DNA from: Anthoceros angustus
Lineage: Eukaryota; Plantae; Anthocerotophyta
DNA: 64,000 nucleotides
Direction: 5' to 3'
Assembly: GCA_010909165.1 (NCBI GenBank)
Contig: VJWM01000044.1
Coordinates: forward strand, 434,001 to 498,000
Shown here: positions 1-11,809 of the stretch, one piece after another
Layout of the letters: each line of letters begins with the position of its first letter
Position numbering within the stretch: the stretch's first letter is position 1
Program-made: the position numbers and the translations under genes
Notes under the pieces: model-generated
The model's database searches: none
What the model was told of the DNA's origin: nothing
What the model saw: only the letters and a program-made list of their open reading frames with translations

Positions 1-608
1 ACATGTTCCTCGTTCTCACTGCTGATTTATCTTGCTGTGAACTTTGCTGACCACTCTTCTTCGGTCCAACATGAGGTGAATGGGATGCAATAATAAGGGA
101 TGTGTGTCAGGGATGCCACACACCAGCCGACAGCTTTGTGGCCATTTGTTAGCAACGGATGGAACACGTGTACTGGAAGAGCACGGACGAAGAGAATTTT
201 TGGCTCGTCTCACCACCTCGCAACCACATTTTTCAGGAACCAGCTGATATCAGAACGGTGTGCTGTCCCAAGCCTGCCGCGCATCCCTTAGCTCGTGGAT
301 CCCTCATGGAACAGGGCGTGAATCCCTCATGAAACATGGGGCACGGCACATGCATGATAATGCATATTACCTTTCACACAGCCAGGCCTTTTTCCCTGAA
401 CACATGCTTTGAAAGGGCACGGAAGCAGAGAATTTTTGGCTCGTCTCACCACCTCCCAACCACGCTTTACAATCTCGAGTCAGGACTGCTCGGACATTGC
501 CTTGTTCTAAACACACCAACCCACATGCAGACCTCGACCAGCGAGCTAACTGGACAAAAGATAATCAAATCGATAGGGCAAAGCTATCACAGGCAATATG
601 TATCGCCG

Positions 609-714
609 TGACAAAGCCATTCCCGATACGAGTGTCGTTAACGATTATGCACCCCCAATACTGACAAAGCCATTCCCGATACGAGTGTCGTTAACGATTA
701 TGCACCCCCAATAC
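609..714. repeat. Exact 53-bp tandem duplication
   Basis: TGACAAAGCCATTCCCGATACGAGTGTCGTTAACGATTATGCACCCCAATAC occurs at 609 and again at 662. Confidence 0.9.
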
Positions 715-823
715 TGCTCATCCTGTGGGAGAGTTAGAATATGGTTAATATATTTAGCTAGCCAGTAGTTAAGATGAAGGGCACAAGATGGTTAGGTCAT
801 GAACACGGTGAACGAGATAGCTA

Positions 824-1056
824 GTGGTTGCATACTCATGACCATGTCCATTGAATAAAGATGATGATTGACGATGGGTAGTGGTTGCATTTGTCTCGTG
901 ACATTGTCTCATGTCCATTGAATAAAGATGATGTGGTTGCATACTCATGACCATGTCCATTGAATAAAGATGATGATTGACGATGGGTAGTGGTTGCATT
1001 TGTCTCGTGACATTGTCTCATGACCATGTCCATTGAATAAAGATGATGATTGACGA
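824..1056. repeat. About 109-bp tandem duplication built from shorter subrepeats
   Basis: A unit starting GTGGTTGCATACTCATGACCATGTCCATTGAATAAAGATGAT occurs at 824 and 933. The sub-motif TGTCCATTGAATAAAGATGAT occurs four times. Confidence 0.85.
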
Positions 1057-2263
1057 TGTTACGTTGCTCAACTCCCGGATCCACGATGTTACACTGCTCA
1101 ACTCCCTACAGCATCCTGGTTTTGGTTTCCGAGGTCATGTACACACATGCACAACAAAATATTCATGAGCTACAGTCACATAGCTTGTATAAAGAAAAGC
1201 TCTGTAGGATGAAAGTCTAAATCTGTTCAAATTGTGTACAGACTCCCTCATTCAACATGCTTAATGTGTCAAAGAAAAATAACCAAGATTATTTTTAGAT
1301 AAAATCCTCTACAGCGAAATTTTTTCTTATTGCTTCGACCAAGTCCCCTTTGATCTTGATTGTACAACTAGGCCCGGGCCAACTCTGGGTATACTTTTTC
1401 ACATCACATAAAGCTTCACATATTATTGCGATGCTTTCAAACTCCCGATGCTGAATCGCACATCAATTTTTTTTGTTAAAAGACAAATATCAGGCAGATC
1501 CATTAAACAGAAAAATGAGCTAATCTTTGTGAATTCAGCACCAATAAAATGATTCAGAATAGCCAAACTAGAAAAATGAGGTAACCTTTGTGAATCCAGC
1601 ACCAATGGAATGATTCAGAATAACCAAACCATCTTCAGCAACACTCTGCGTTGAAATGTCTGAAAACATGTGACCTTTGGCATCCCTTGCCCTCCTCAAC
1701 CGCACAGCTGCCTCCATTGCTTACAAATTTGAATTGCATCCTCATTTGTCATACACTCGATTAAAGAAGCTAAAGTTGTTGCTTGCATAGTAGTCAGAGA
1801 GTATCCTTTAAGCTCCAACTTCACAGCAACACCAAGATCTTGAAGAAATTGAGTCAGAAACTCAATAACTAGTGCCTGAACTACTGCTTCCCCTTCATAA
1901 GCATCAACCAGTGCTAAGATGATCTCAAAAAACACCTCCATCCTCACTAGATAGTACCACTTTGCAAAAGAAATATCTTAAATCAATAATCACAACAAAA
2001 AGTGTCACCAATTAGCACTTCAGAGTGTTAAGTGTACATATATATTTGTTATATATTACATATTACACCTTAACCTTAGTAGTAGGTTATATGGCCTATA
2101 GTTGTTAGGTCTACTTAGGTGACTATTGGTGAAGCGTCACGAAGAATATATTTAAGACAATTTTTTATGTTTTGATATTCATTCTAAATCTATCGTGCTT
2201 GGCTGTCTCTCTGTGGCGCTACTTTCGCTGATGGCCAGCCGGGCGCGCACAATCCCGTGTCGT

Positions 2264-2901
2264 TGTAGTAAGGGGTCCGCTCCCAAGAGAATGATAGGCT
2301 CTGTTTGCCATGTTTCAATCGTTTCTCACCTCACTTAGTATCCGTCCAGTCTCAACACACCTATTTATCGTTTTACACCTAACTACCCGCAACGTTCACC
2401 GACAGGCCCGGTGCGGCCAAACGTTTAAGGACCCGTTCGCGTCCGTGTCGTTCAAGTTCGTCACTCATCCCTCGAGTCCGTTCCTCTCACCACTCTCACT
2501 ACACTCCTCGTCCTTGGGGAAAAATGCGGGTGGCTACGCGGTCCGGACCTCCTCCGCCGCCTCTGGGCCTCTCCGTCCGGCTCAGACGCCTCCCGAGTTC
2601 CTCCGGCTCAGACGCCTCCCGAGTCCGTTCCTCTCACCTCACTTAGTATCCGTCCGGCTCAGACGAGCAAGGGTCCCTAGTCGCTATCCCCTGCACACAC
2701 CACCACACGTTAGGGTCCGTCACCAGGACCTTGATCAGTCTCTCCGGAGCTGTCAGCCTGCTCAGTGACTCAGGGCTCGCGTTAACAAGAAGGCACACAA
2801 AGGACCTACAAGAAGACGCGGCATCAACACCAAGAGAAAGATACTTTACTAGAGCAGCCTCAGCCCTCTTATACTACGCCCAAGTCGGTGTCTTTATTAC
2901 A
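2264..2901 (-). mobile_element. LTR (3-prime LTR of a minus-strand Gypsy-like retrotransposon)
   Basis: Termini are TGTAGTAAG...TTATTACA (imperfect inverted ends, TG..CA). On the minus strand a purine tract AGAATAGGGG directly abuts TGTAAT at 2901. Internal short duplications include CTCACCTCACTTAGTATCCGTCC twice. No partner LTR was found in the window. Confidence 0.6.
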
Positions 2902-5900
2902 CCCCTATTCTGAGCTGGTGGCCAGCTCAGTATACCCTAATCGGCCGCCTACCATCTTATTCTCTTCCTCCTATCTCCGTCGTCGGCGGTGGGCCTGGGA
3001 ATGCCCTTGGTCCCATCTTGGCGCTGGTGGCCCAATCCCCGCTGGCGGCCATGGGCGCACCCAATTGGATGATTCGCGGGCGGGACCTCCCCTTCCTAAT
3101 TCGTCAGTTGGGCGGGACCGATGACCGGTCACCACGACGTCTTCCTCCCCTGGCCCCCTAGTGGGTCCTCTCCCGGTAGGGCCAGCGACTGGTTGCTCCC
3201 CCTGCGTGAGTCGGAGAGGGCTCCTCCTCGCCTCCTGAGTCCGGACCTCGGGATCCGGTCTCGACTCCGGAGCCCTAACTTCTAGGTCCGGTCTTCTTTC
3301 TGGAGTCCGGACCTCAGGGTCCGGACTCGCCTCTGGGGTCCGATCTCCTGGACCCGGCCCTCCCTCTGGCGCCCGGACCTGAGGGTCCGGTCTTGTCACT
3401 AGAGTCTGGACCTCAGAGTCCAGACTCTCTTCAGGAGGCCGGACCTCGGGGTCCGGCCGTTCTTCAGGAGTCCGGACAAAGTCCGGACCTGCGAGCACCC
3501 GGGTTTCCCCCCTCTCTGGACTTCTCAAGGGTTCGCCCACTGAGCCCCCCCGCTCTTCCAGGTTGCCCCGGGTCGCCTCTTCCTCGGCCCTTCCAGGGCC
3601 CTCCTCCCCTTCTCCCGTGAGGTGCGGAGTGCTTACCTCGGGCGCAGCGACCTTCCTTCGCCCGCTCTTCCGGGTTGCTCCCCCTGGCCACTGCAGTCGT
3701 AAATCAAGCAGGCGCTCCTAGGGTCCCTGTGGTCTGATTTCAAGAAGCCTTGTTGCATAAAATGTGTTTCTGCGGTTGGAAAGCGATTTGCCGGGGCCTT
3801 CCTCCTCGCTCCTCCTGACTCTTGAAGCCCGCCCGCCGAGGGTGGCTCAAGACCTCTAGAGCCTTGAGAAGCTGTGGTAGTAGGCAAAGTCGGAATCGAC
3901 TTGTTGAATTGCCTCCTCCACATGGGCCCGGGCACCGTGCTCCTCCTCGGAGGTGCTCCGGTGGCGTGTTGTCGGCCTGGCCCGTCTCCACCGCCAGGCT
4001 TGCCAATTGTAGCCGGGCAGCCTCCCTTGATGCCGCCAAGGCGGCCTCCGACACCTCCTGCAGCCTTTGCTGCTGCTCGACGTGCTCCTCCTCCCTTCGC
4101 TGCTCTAGCCCGCCCCGCCATGAGCCGAGCTCCCGTCTGCTTCCATAGCCGGACGGCGATCTGCTCCTCCTCTAGCGCTCTCTTCCCTCCGTTCATCCTT
4201 TCCCGGAGGTCCGCCACTTCCTTCTCCAGGCGGGCCGGTATCCCCGTCTGACTCCTGGCTTCCTCCAGCTCCTGCTTTAGCCTCGTGACGTCGAACTCTT
4301 TGGACCGTCGCCTATTCTCCTCCGTCTTCAAGCGAAGCTGGAGGCGCTCTATCTCCCGCTCGAAGTCTTGGATTCTCTCGTTGAGAATCCCCTGCTGCTT
4401 CCATGCGTCTTGGAGTTGCACTCAGGTATCCTTGCCGCCTCCAGCCCCCGCTCTTCGCCTGCACTGCACCCTGAGGTCCCCTATTTCCCGGGTCTTGACC
4501 TCAGTTCCTCCTCACGGCTCGACTTGCTTGCCCACCGCCTCTGCTTCGGCCTTGAGTTAGCCTCGGCTACCCGCCTGCCTCCTCCACCGGTTCCGATCAC
4601 GTCGGTAGTGATCCTGGCCGACCTCTGCCTCCTCCTCACGGCTCACCTGCTTGCCACGCCTCCCTGTCGGCCTTCAGTTAGCCTCGGCTACCCGTCTCCC
4701 TCCACGGTTCCGATCACGCTTGGTAGTGATCCTGGCCGACCTTCGCCGCCTCCGCCTTCACCGAGCCTCGGTCCGATGTTGGTCCGGCCGCCTCGGCCAG
4801 TCACGAGCCCTCGCCTCTGCGCCTCCCCTTCGTCTGCAGAGGTCTTCAGCCCGTGCTTGGGCCTCCTGCGCCTCCGCCTCCCGCCCGCCCACCGAGCCTC
4901 GGTCCGGCCTTCGAACGTCCGGACCTCCGCCTCCGCCTCCCGACGCTTCCTTCCTCGATTCGGGCGAGGACTCGCCTTCTTCTTAGCCTCTGCGCCTCTA
5001 CACCCTTGAAGCTCCAACATCCTCCGCCGTAGCCTCCACTTCTTGGGTCTTCACTGTGTCAGAGTCTAAAGCATCCCGTCCATGACGGTAGCTAAAACTC
5101 GCGTGTTTCTTCCACGGCCGGGAGATGCCCAAAAGTCCGTGGCGCGGCATCTCCGGTCCGTCAGGACCGCCATCTGCGATCTGGGCGAGTCAGGATGGGC
5201 TCTCGGACCTAATCGGGACCTTGGTCCGGCCGTTTAGGAGTCCGGACCTCCCCTTCCTCGGCCCTCTTGGCCGCTAACTCCTTCTCCGCCCTTCTCCTTC
5301 TGGGGCTTGGGGGGGTGGAAGGGGTCCGGGAGCTGGCCCTTTTCCCTCTCCCCATTGGAGAGATGCCCAAAAGTCCGGACCTCGGTCCGGCCGCCTCCGC
5401 CTCCTTGGGCCCCTCTCCAACCTTCGCACAGCCTCCTCCGCTTCTTGCCACTCCGTTGGCAGGGGCAAGGGCACGGCACCGCCCTGGTGTCATATCAGCG
5501 GCACCGCTTCCGCCTCCCGAGTCCGGACCTCGGGGTCCGGCCGTTTAGGAGTCCGGACAAAGTCCGGACCCTGAGCACCCGGCTCTCTGGACTTCTCAAG
5601 GGTTCGCCCACCGAGCCCCGCCTCCGCCTCTTCCTCCTCGCCTCTTCCTCGGCCCTTCAGGCCCTCCTCCCCTTCTCCCGTGAGGTGCGGAGTGCTTACC
5701 TCGGGCGCGGCCTTCCTTCGCCCGCTCTTCCGGGTTGCTCCCTCGCCTCTGCCTCCTCCCTTCGTCGTTCTAGCTCCGCCTCCTAGGGTCCCCGTGGGTC
5801 TGATTTCCTTGTTGCATTGTGTTTCTGCGGTTCCTCCCCTTCCTCCTCGCTCCTCCTGAGGCTCTTGAAGCCCGCCCTCCAGGGTGGCTCAAGACCTCTA

Positions 5901-8900
5901 GAGCCTTGAGGCTGCATGGTAGGCAAAGTCGGAATCGACTTGTTGAATTGCCTCCTCCACATGGGCCCGGGCACCGTGCTCCTCCTCGGAGGTGCTCCGG
6001 CGGTGGCGTGTTGTCGACTGTGGCCGTCTCCACCGCCGGGCTTGCCAATTGTAGCCGGGCAGCCTCCCTTGATGCCGCCAAGGCCTCCGACACCTCCTGC
6101 GGCCTTCTTCTTTCGGCGTGCTCCTCCTCCCGCCGTCGTTCTAGCTCCGATTCTTGCCATGGTGAGCTCCCCTCTGCTTCCATAGCCGGACGGCGATCTG
6201 CTCCTCCTCTAGCGCTCTTCCTCCGTTCATCCTTTCCGGAGGTCCGCCACTTCCTTCTCCAGGCGGGCGGTATCCCCGTCGACTCACGGCTTCCTCCTCA
6301 CCTTTAGCCTCGTGACGTCGAACTCTTGGACCGCCGCCTATTCTCCGTCTTCAGCGGTGGGCGCTCTATCTCCTCGAAGTCTTGGATTCTCTGGTTGAGA
6401 ATCCCTGCTTCCATCGTCTTGGAGTTGACTCCGGTATCCTTGCGCCTCCGGCTCCTGCCGCTCTTACGCCTCCTGCGGTGCACAGGTCCCCTATTTCCCG
6501 GGTCTTGACCTCGTTCCTCCTCACGGCTCGGCCGTGCTCAGCGCCTCTGTTCGGCCTTGAGTTAGCCTCGGCTACCCGGCCGTCTCCCTCCACGGTTCCG
6601 ATCACGTCGGTAGTGATCGATCGACCTTCGCCAGCTTCCGCCTCCGCCTTCACAGCCTCGGTCGATGTTGGTCGGCCGGGCCGCCTCGGCAGTCGAGCCT
6701 CTCCGCCTCTGCGCCTCCCCTTCGTCTGCGGAGGTCTTGACCCGTGCTTGGGCCTCCTGCGCCTCCGCCTCACCGCTCGCCCAGAGGACCTTGGTCCGGT
6801 CTTCTTTGAGAATCGACCTCTCGCTCCGCCTCCCGACGCTTCCTTCCTCGATTCGGGCGAGGACTCGCCTTCTTCTTAGCCTCTGCGCCTCTACACCCTT
6901 GAAGCTCCAACATCCTCCGCCGTAGCCTCCACTTCTTGGGTCTTCACTGTGTCAGAGTCTAAAGCATCCCGTCCATGACGGTAGCTAAAACTCGCGTGTT
7001 TCTTCCACGGCCGGGAGATGCCCAAAAGTCCGTGGCGCGGCATCTCCGGTCCGTCAGGACCGCCATCTGCATCTGAGCGAGTCCTGACTGGGCTCTCGGA
7101 CCTAATCAGGACCTTAGGTCTGGGGTCCCGAGCCTCTCCTTCCTTGGCCCTCTTGGCCGCTAACTCCTTCTCCGCCTTCTCCTCGGGGCTTGGGGGTGGA
7201 AGGTCCGGAGCGGCCCTTTCCTCTCCCCATTGGAGAGATGCCGGTGAGGTCACGCCGCTGATCACCGCCTTGGGCCCTCTCCAACCTTCGCACACCTCCT
7301 CCGCTTCTTGCCACTCCGTTGGCAGGGGCAAGGGCACGGCACCGCCCTGGTGTCATATCAGCGGCACCGCCTTCCGCCTCTTCGCCCCGCGACGAGTCCG
7401 TCGGGCTCGCCGTCGTTGTCGTGGGCATGGCCCTGGAGCTGGAGCCGCCAACTCCCGGCCTGTGGCCGCCTCTTCCTGCGCCGGCTGCTCCCGGTGGGGC
7501 ACCAGGAGGAGAGAAGCGGGAATGTCCTCCCACACTTCCCCTGGTGGCGAGGGGTCCGCCTCACGATGGAGTCCGGAATTCCTCCCCGCCTCCTCCCGGA
7601 CCCGCTTACTCCACCGGGCGGCTCGCCTCCCCGCGCTCTTCCTCCGCCTCCCAGAGCGGCCCTTTCCGAGTGCTCGTTCCTCTTCACCTCCTTCGGATGG
7701 TTCGCGTGCCCCACACATGAATCAAAACTGATAACGCCTGACGGAGGAGGCTTCTCACACCTATAGCTTCTCGATTGATCATGGCGAAGATGATCCTTCC
7801 CGATCGCCTCTTTCCCTCTGCGGCATGCGGGAACACGGTGGGTTGTCACCAAGGTGATCTACCTTGGTGAGCATGTTCTAGTGGACAATGATCCTGGCCA
7901 CTGCTCTCACCCTCCTGTCCAGCAAATCCGACATCAACCAGCCGTTGGTTGTTCGTTGCGTCCCTGGCTTCAGCATTGCAGCCTTTGCCGCCTCTATCTT
8001 TCCTCTTGCCTTGAGGGGCTCCGGAACTATGCCCCCAATCTTTTCTGCTGGGCGGTTGTAAACCGCCCTCAGGACCTCCACGGTCCACCTCCTAGGGTCC
8101 TCCACGGTCCTCCACGGACCTCCTTGTTGGCCGCTGCCAACATTTTCCGGGCGTACTCCCGGACTAAGGCGACGCTGTTGAAGGTTCACACAGCCTAGAA
8201 AATGTCCAGGTGCCATTCCTTCACCAGCTCCCCCACCTCCTCCAGCCACGGACCGAAGTCCGGGTAGCGCTTGGTGACGATGTTGCGCTCCACCAAGCGC
8301 TCACGCCTCCGCCGCTTTCTTGGGTCCCATCTTCGCACTCCTTCGTCCGTCACAGGCGTGAAGCTCACAATCTTCCGCCTCTTGAGTTCGCAGGTCGTCG
8401 TATTGTCGTTATCGAAAGTTGGCCCGCTCCTTGGGCGTGAAGCTCCACAATCTTCCGCCTCTTCCTGCTCGGTGGGGCACCGGGAGGAAGGCGGGATGTC
8501 CTCCCACACAGGTGGCGGGGGTCCGCTCAGGCGTATGGAGTGCAGAATTCCCTCGATCGTCCTCCTCCCGGACCCGCTTACTCGGGGCCTACCTCTGCGC
8601 TCTTCCTCTGCCTCCCGGTGGGCGGCCCTTTCCGGTGCTCGTTCCTCTTCACCCTCCTTGGATGGTTCGCGTGCCCCACACATGAATCAAAAGCGATACG
8701 CCAACGGAGGCTTCTCACCTCGACTTGCGAGCTTCACGATTGATCATGGCGAAGATGATCCTTCCCGGTCGCCTCTTTCCCTCTGCGGCATGCGGGAACG
8801 ATGGGTGTCACCAAGGTGATCTACCTTGGTGAGCATGTTCTAGTGGACAATGATCACAGCCGCTCTCTCTCCCTCACCCCGGCCGTCCGACATCAACCAG

Positions 8901-9960
8901 CCGTTGGTTGTTCGTTGCGTCCAGCTTCGCATTGCGCCTTTGCGCCTCTATCTTTCCTCTTGCCTTGAGGGGCTCGGAACTATGCCCCAATCTCTTCTGC
9001 TGGGCGGTTGTAAACCGCCCTCAGGACCTCCACAGTCCACCTCCTAGGGTCCTCCACGGTTCTTGGATCGGACCTCCTTGTTGGTTGGCCGCCAACATTT
9101 TCGGCGTACTCCGGACTAAAGGCGATGTTGAAGGTTCACACCTAGAAAATGTCCGGTGCCATTCCTTCACCAGCTCCCCCACCTCCTCCACCACGGACAG
9201 TCCGGTAGCGCAGTGATGTTGCGCTCCACCAGCGCTCACGCCTCCGCTTTCTTGGGTCCCATCTTGCACTCTTACATCCCGCTTGGCGTGAAGCTCCACA
9301 ATCTTCCGCTCCTCGGTCGCGGTGTCGGTTGCTTCACTCGCCAAGTCGACTGCGCCTAAGGATCGGGTGATAAAAGACAACGCCAGAGAGCCGGGTGTCG
9401 GCGAGAGAATGCGAAACTCATGTGGTTGTTTGAAGAATGACCTCCGCCTCGCTTCTCTCGCCGGAAGTAACCGCCGGGCGGCTCTTATGTCCGTGGCCGA
9501 GTGCATGGCTTACTCTCGCCTTACGCTTCCGCCTACTCGGCCTTCTGTGCCTTGCAGCGGGCGTGAATACCTTCCTATAACGGCATCGGCAATGCCACGT
9601 CCTGGCCCGCCGCTTTCTTGGGTCCCATCTTCGCACTCCTTCGTCCCGCTTAGGCGTGAAGCTCCACAATCTTCCGCTCCCGCCGCGGTGTCCGCTTGCT
9701 TCACCGCCAAGTCGAATCCGCCTAAGGATGGGTGATAAAAAAGACAACGCCAGAGAGCCGTGTCCGAGCGGAGAGAAACCCGCCGCGGTTGTTTGGAAGA
9801 ATGACCTCCGCCGCTTCTCCGGAAGTAACCGGAGGGCGGCTCGTCCAGAATCGCCGTGAGTCTCGCATGGCTTACTCTCGCCTTACGCTTCCGCCTACTC
9901 CGGCCTTACGCTGCCGCGCGGTACGCGGAGCGTGAATACCTTCCTATAACGGCCACTGGC
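2902..9960 (-). mobile_element. Degenerate, internally duplicated GC-rich 3-prime internal region of an LTR retrotransposon with frameshifted accessory ORF(s)
   Basis: It lies just upstream (minus sense) of the PPT/LTR. Minus-strand fragments encode a coiled coil (QDFEREIERLQLRLK...LKQELEEAR), a RPDPEVR repeat and a globular segment (WLEEVGELVKEWHL...TTNGWLMSDL). Duplicated blocks are 3440-5520/5520-7380, 7480-8300/8440-9250 and 9300-9600/9640-9950. No RT or RNase H motifs were seen. Confidence 0.6.
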
Positions 9961-10013
9961 AATGCTACGGTCCTGGCCTGCTGCATGTCCGTCTTCCACT
10001 CAGTACCGTCCAC

Positions 10014-11036
10014 GTGGCGCGGCCCTGTCTAACTCACGCTCCAACCTCTAAGTTACTTTCCTTGGCGTACTTATCCTGTTTTGACCCGGAGTGGGGTCCG
10101 GACTTATCCCGATACTCCGGTGCGTGGTCCGGAGGTCCTCCGGAGTGGGCTCCAGGGTCCGTTACCTACCCCGGAGTCCGGAGTGCAGTCCGGAGTACAG
10201 TCCGGAGTACCGTCCGTGCTTATTCCTCCCTTTCCGCCTTATTTTACACTCCATACCTACGAAAAAAAACAAACCCAGCTTATTTCCTAACCCCAAGGAG
10301 AGTCCGTTGTCCACACTCTCGCTCTCTTTCTTCTTATGGTATCAGAGCAGATGCTCTGCACCTTGGGGATTCTTTAATAATGCCGAGATGCGGGGGCTGT
10401 AAAGGGTCGCGTCGAGGTGAGTTATCCCCAGGACATTACTACACTAGGGGATACCAGACACGACATAAAGCACCTCTCCGGAAGGAAGTAGTGCTCGACC
10501 TCTACGAGCAGAATTATCCCGCTCTTTGGCTACAAAAGTTAGCTTCACCATGTCGCATGCTAAATAAGACTCAGAAAACAGATCTGCTCTATCGGGAGCG
10601 TTGTTACAAAAGAGGACAGAACCCAGACCTTTTTTACACTCCCAGACTAAGAGAATCTGCTAGCCCTGATTATCTTTTCAAGCCCAGAACTGCTGAAGTT
10701 GGGAGACCAAGTAGTTTGCGACGTTCTGCAGCAAAACAGGACACTTTTGGAATTAACCCTCACGCAGGCATACAGATTGTTGCTGATAAATCACAAGACA
10801 TTCTTACCCGTATCGAGAAGGTTTTATCCACAGTTCTGCTAAATCAAACCTTCCTCAAGAACAGAGTCCACAGCCTGGATTCAGTGGCTGAGAGTGCCAT
10901 TCTTTCCTGCAAAGACCGACTCCAGGAGGACATCGGCAGAATTATTGATCTTCTCCAAAACATGGACATCAAGCTGCAAGTTCTGGAGCAAAGCATCTCA
11001 CCCAACGAAGCTGCTTCCAGCGCACAGATTCTGTGA
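10014..11036 (+). CDS. Unknown 340-codon ORF with an internal repeat and C-terminal coiled coil (TE-associated; true start uncertain, first ATG 10380)
   Basis: Stop-free frame. The repeat LFYTPYLRKKTNPAYFLTPR / LFYTPRLRESASPDYLFKPR has many synonymous differences. The C-terminus is heptad-rich (ILTRIEKVL...LQNMDIKLQVLEQSI). Confidence 0.5.
   Translation: MARPCLTHAPTSKLLSLAYLSCFDPEWGPDLSRYSGAWSGGPPEWAPGSVTYPGVRSAVRSTVRSTVRAYSSLSALFYTPYLRKKTNPAYFLTPRRVRCPHSRSLSSYGIRADALHLGDSLIMPRCGGCKGSRRGELSPGHYYTRGYQTRHKAPLRKEVVLDLYEQNYPALWLQKLASPCRMLNKTQKTDLLYRERCYKRGQNPDLFYTPRLRESASPDYLFKPRTAEVGRPSSLRRSAAKQDTFGINPHAGIQIVADKSQDILTRIEKVLSTVLLNQTFLKNRVHSLDSVAESAILSCKDRLQEDIGRIIDLLQNMDIKLQVLEQSISPNEAASSAQIL
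10337..10348 (+). promoter_or_regulatory. tRNA-iMet primer binding site match (TGGTATCAGAGC)
   Basis: Exact canonical 12-mer PBS of plant Copia, chromoviral Gypsy and caulimovirids. It is not preceded by the usual LTR-terminal CA and lies inside an open frame. Confidence 0.5.
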
Positions 11037-11591
11037 AGGCTTCTGCTGCAAGGGAGCATTGCCAAGGAGATCTAGGCGCATCAGCGATTTCATGCACCTG
11101 ATCTGAACAGTCGTGCTAGGTTTAGTGTCGCTTAGGCTAGATTTGTTCCCAGCTTGTTCATTGGTCCACCTGTGAGTGTCCATTCACAAGACAAGGACAC
11201 GTTGGCCAGACTAACCTAACCGTCCAACTGAAACGCCACTAGAAAATGAACAGTTGTTGTTTTTAGGGTTTTGCTTCAATTTTCTTGCAACGTTTCATGT
11301 TAGTGAAGGAAGAAAGGTTGAGGAGTTCAGCAGGGGTTGGGCATAGCATATAGTTACCCCCAACCCAGGCTGACTTCTCCAGCATTTTCCCTGCATACCA
11401 TGATCAGTCCCTAGCTATAAGCAACTAAGCAACGCATGAATACTTAGCTTTGTTTACGGAGCCATAGTTCTCCCACGATCTACGCAATATTCATGTCCAT
11501 CGATTCTTTGCTGAATTCTTTGATCAACTCGTTTGCACAGCTTAGCTTGCAACCCCCAGTTGTTCCTATACCACCTACATTCAGAGTAACC

Positions 11592-11806
11592 ATGGCCACT
11601 ACAAACCCATCTTTCATATATGAATTGAAGGAGAAAGATAGGTTTAAGGGAAATGGCTACCCTGTTTGGCGAGTAAGGATGAAAGCAACCTTACTTGCTC
11701 GCGGCGTTTGGGGCATAGTTGATGGCACGTATGCCAAGCCAAACCCCAATGCCAATCCAGCCCCTGATCCAGATGCTATCGCCAAGTGGGACCAGCACAA
11801 CGCAAC
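11592..11806 (+). mobile_element. Ty1/Copia gag N-terminal fragment
   Basis: MATTNPSF...RFKGNGYPVWRVRMKATLLARGVWGIVDG matches the Copia gag N-terminal pattern F-x-G-x-x-Y-x-x-W-x-x-x-M-x-x-x-L-x-x-x-x-(L/V)W. Confidence 0.8.
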
Positions 11807-11809
11807 GCA

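Noticed and set aside
2310-9935. Dozens of overlapping Pro/Arg/Ser-rich ORFs treated as host genes
   Set aside because: They are explained by very high GC content and duplicated TE sequence, and the frames are not preserved between duplicate copies.
10337-11036. Endogenous caulimovirid (PBS followed by a short ORF as in badnaviruses)
   Set aside because: No movement protein, coat protein, RT or RNase H of caulimovirid type follows. The PBS is shared with LTR retrotransposons and lies within a longer frame.
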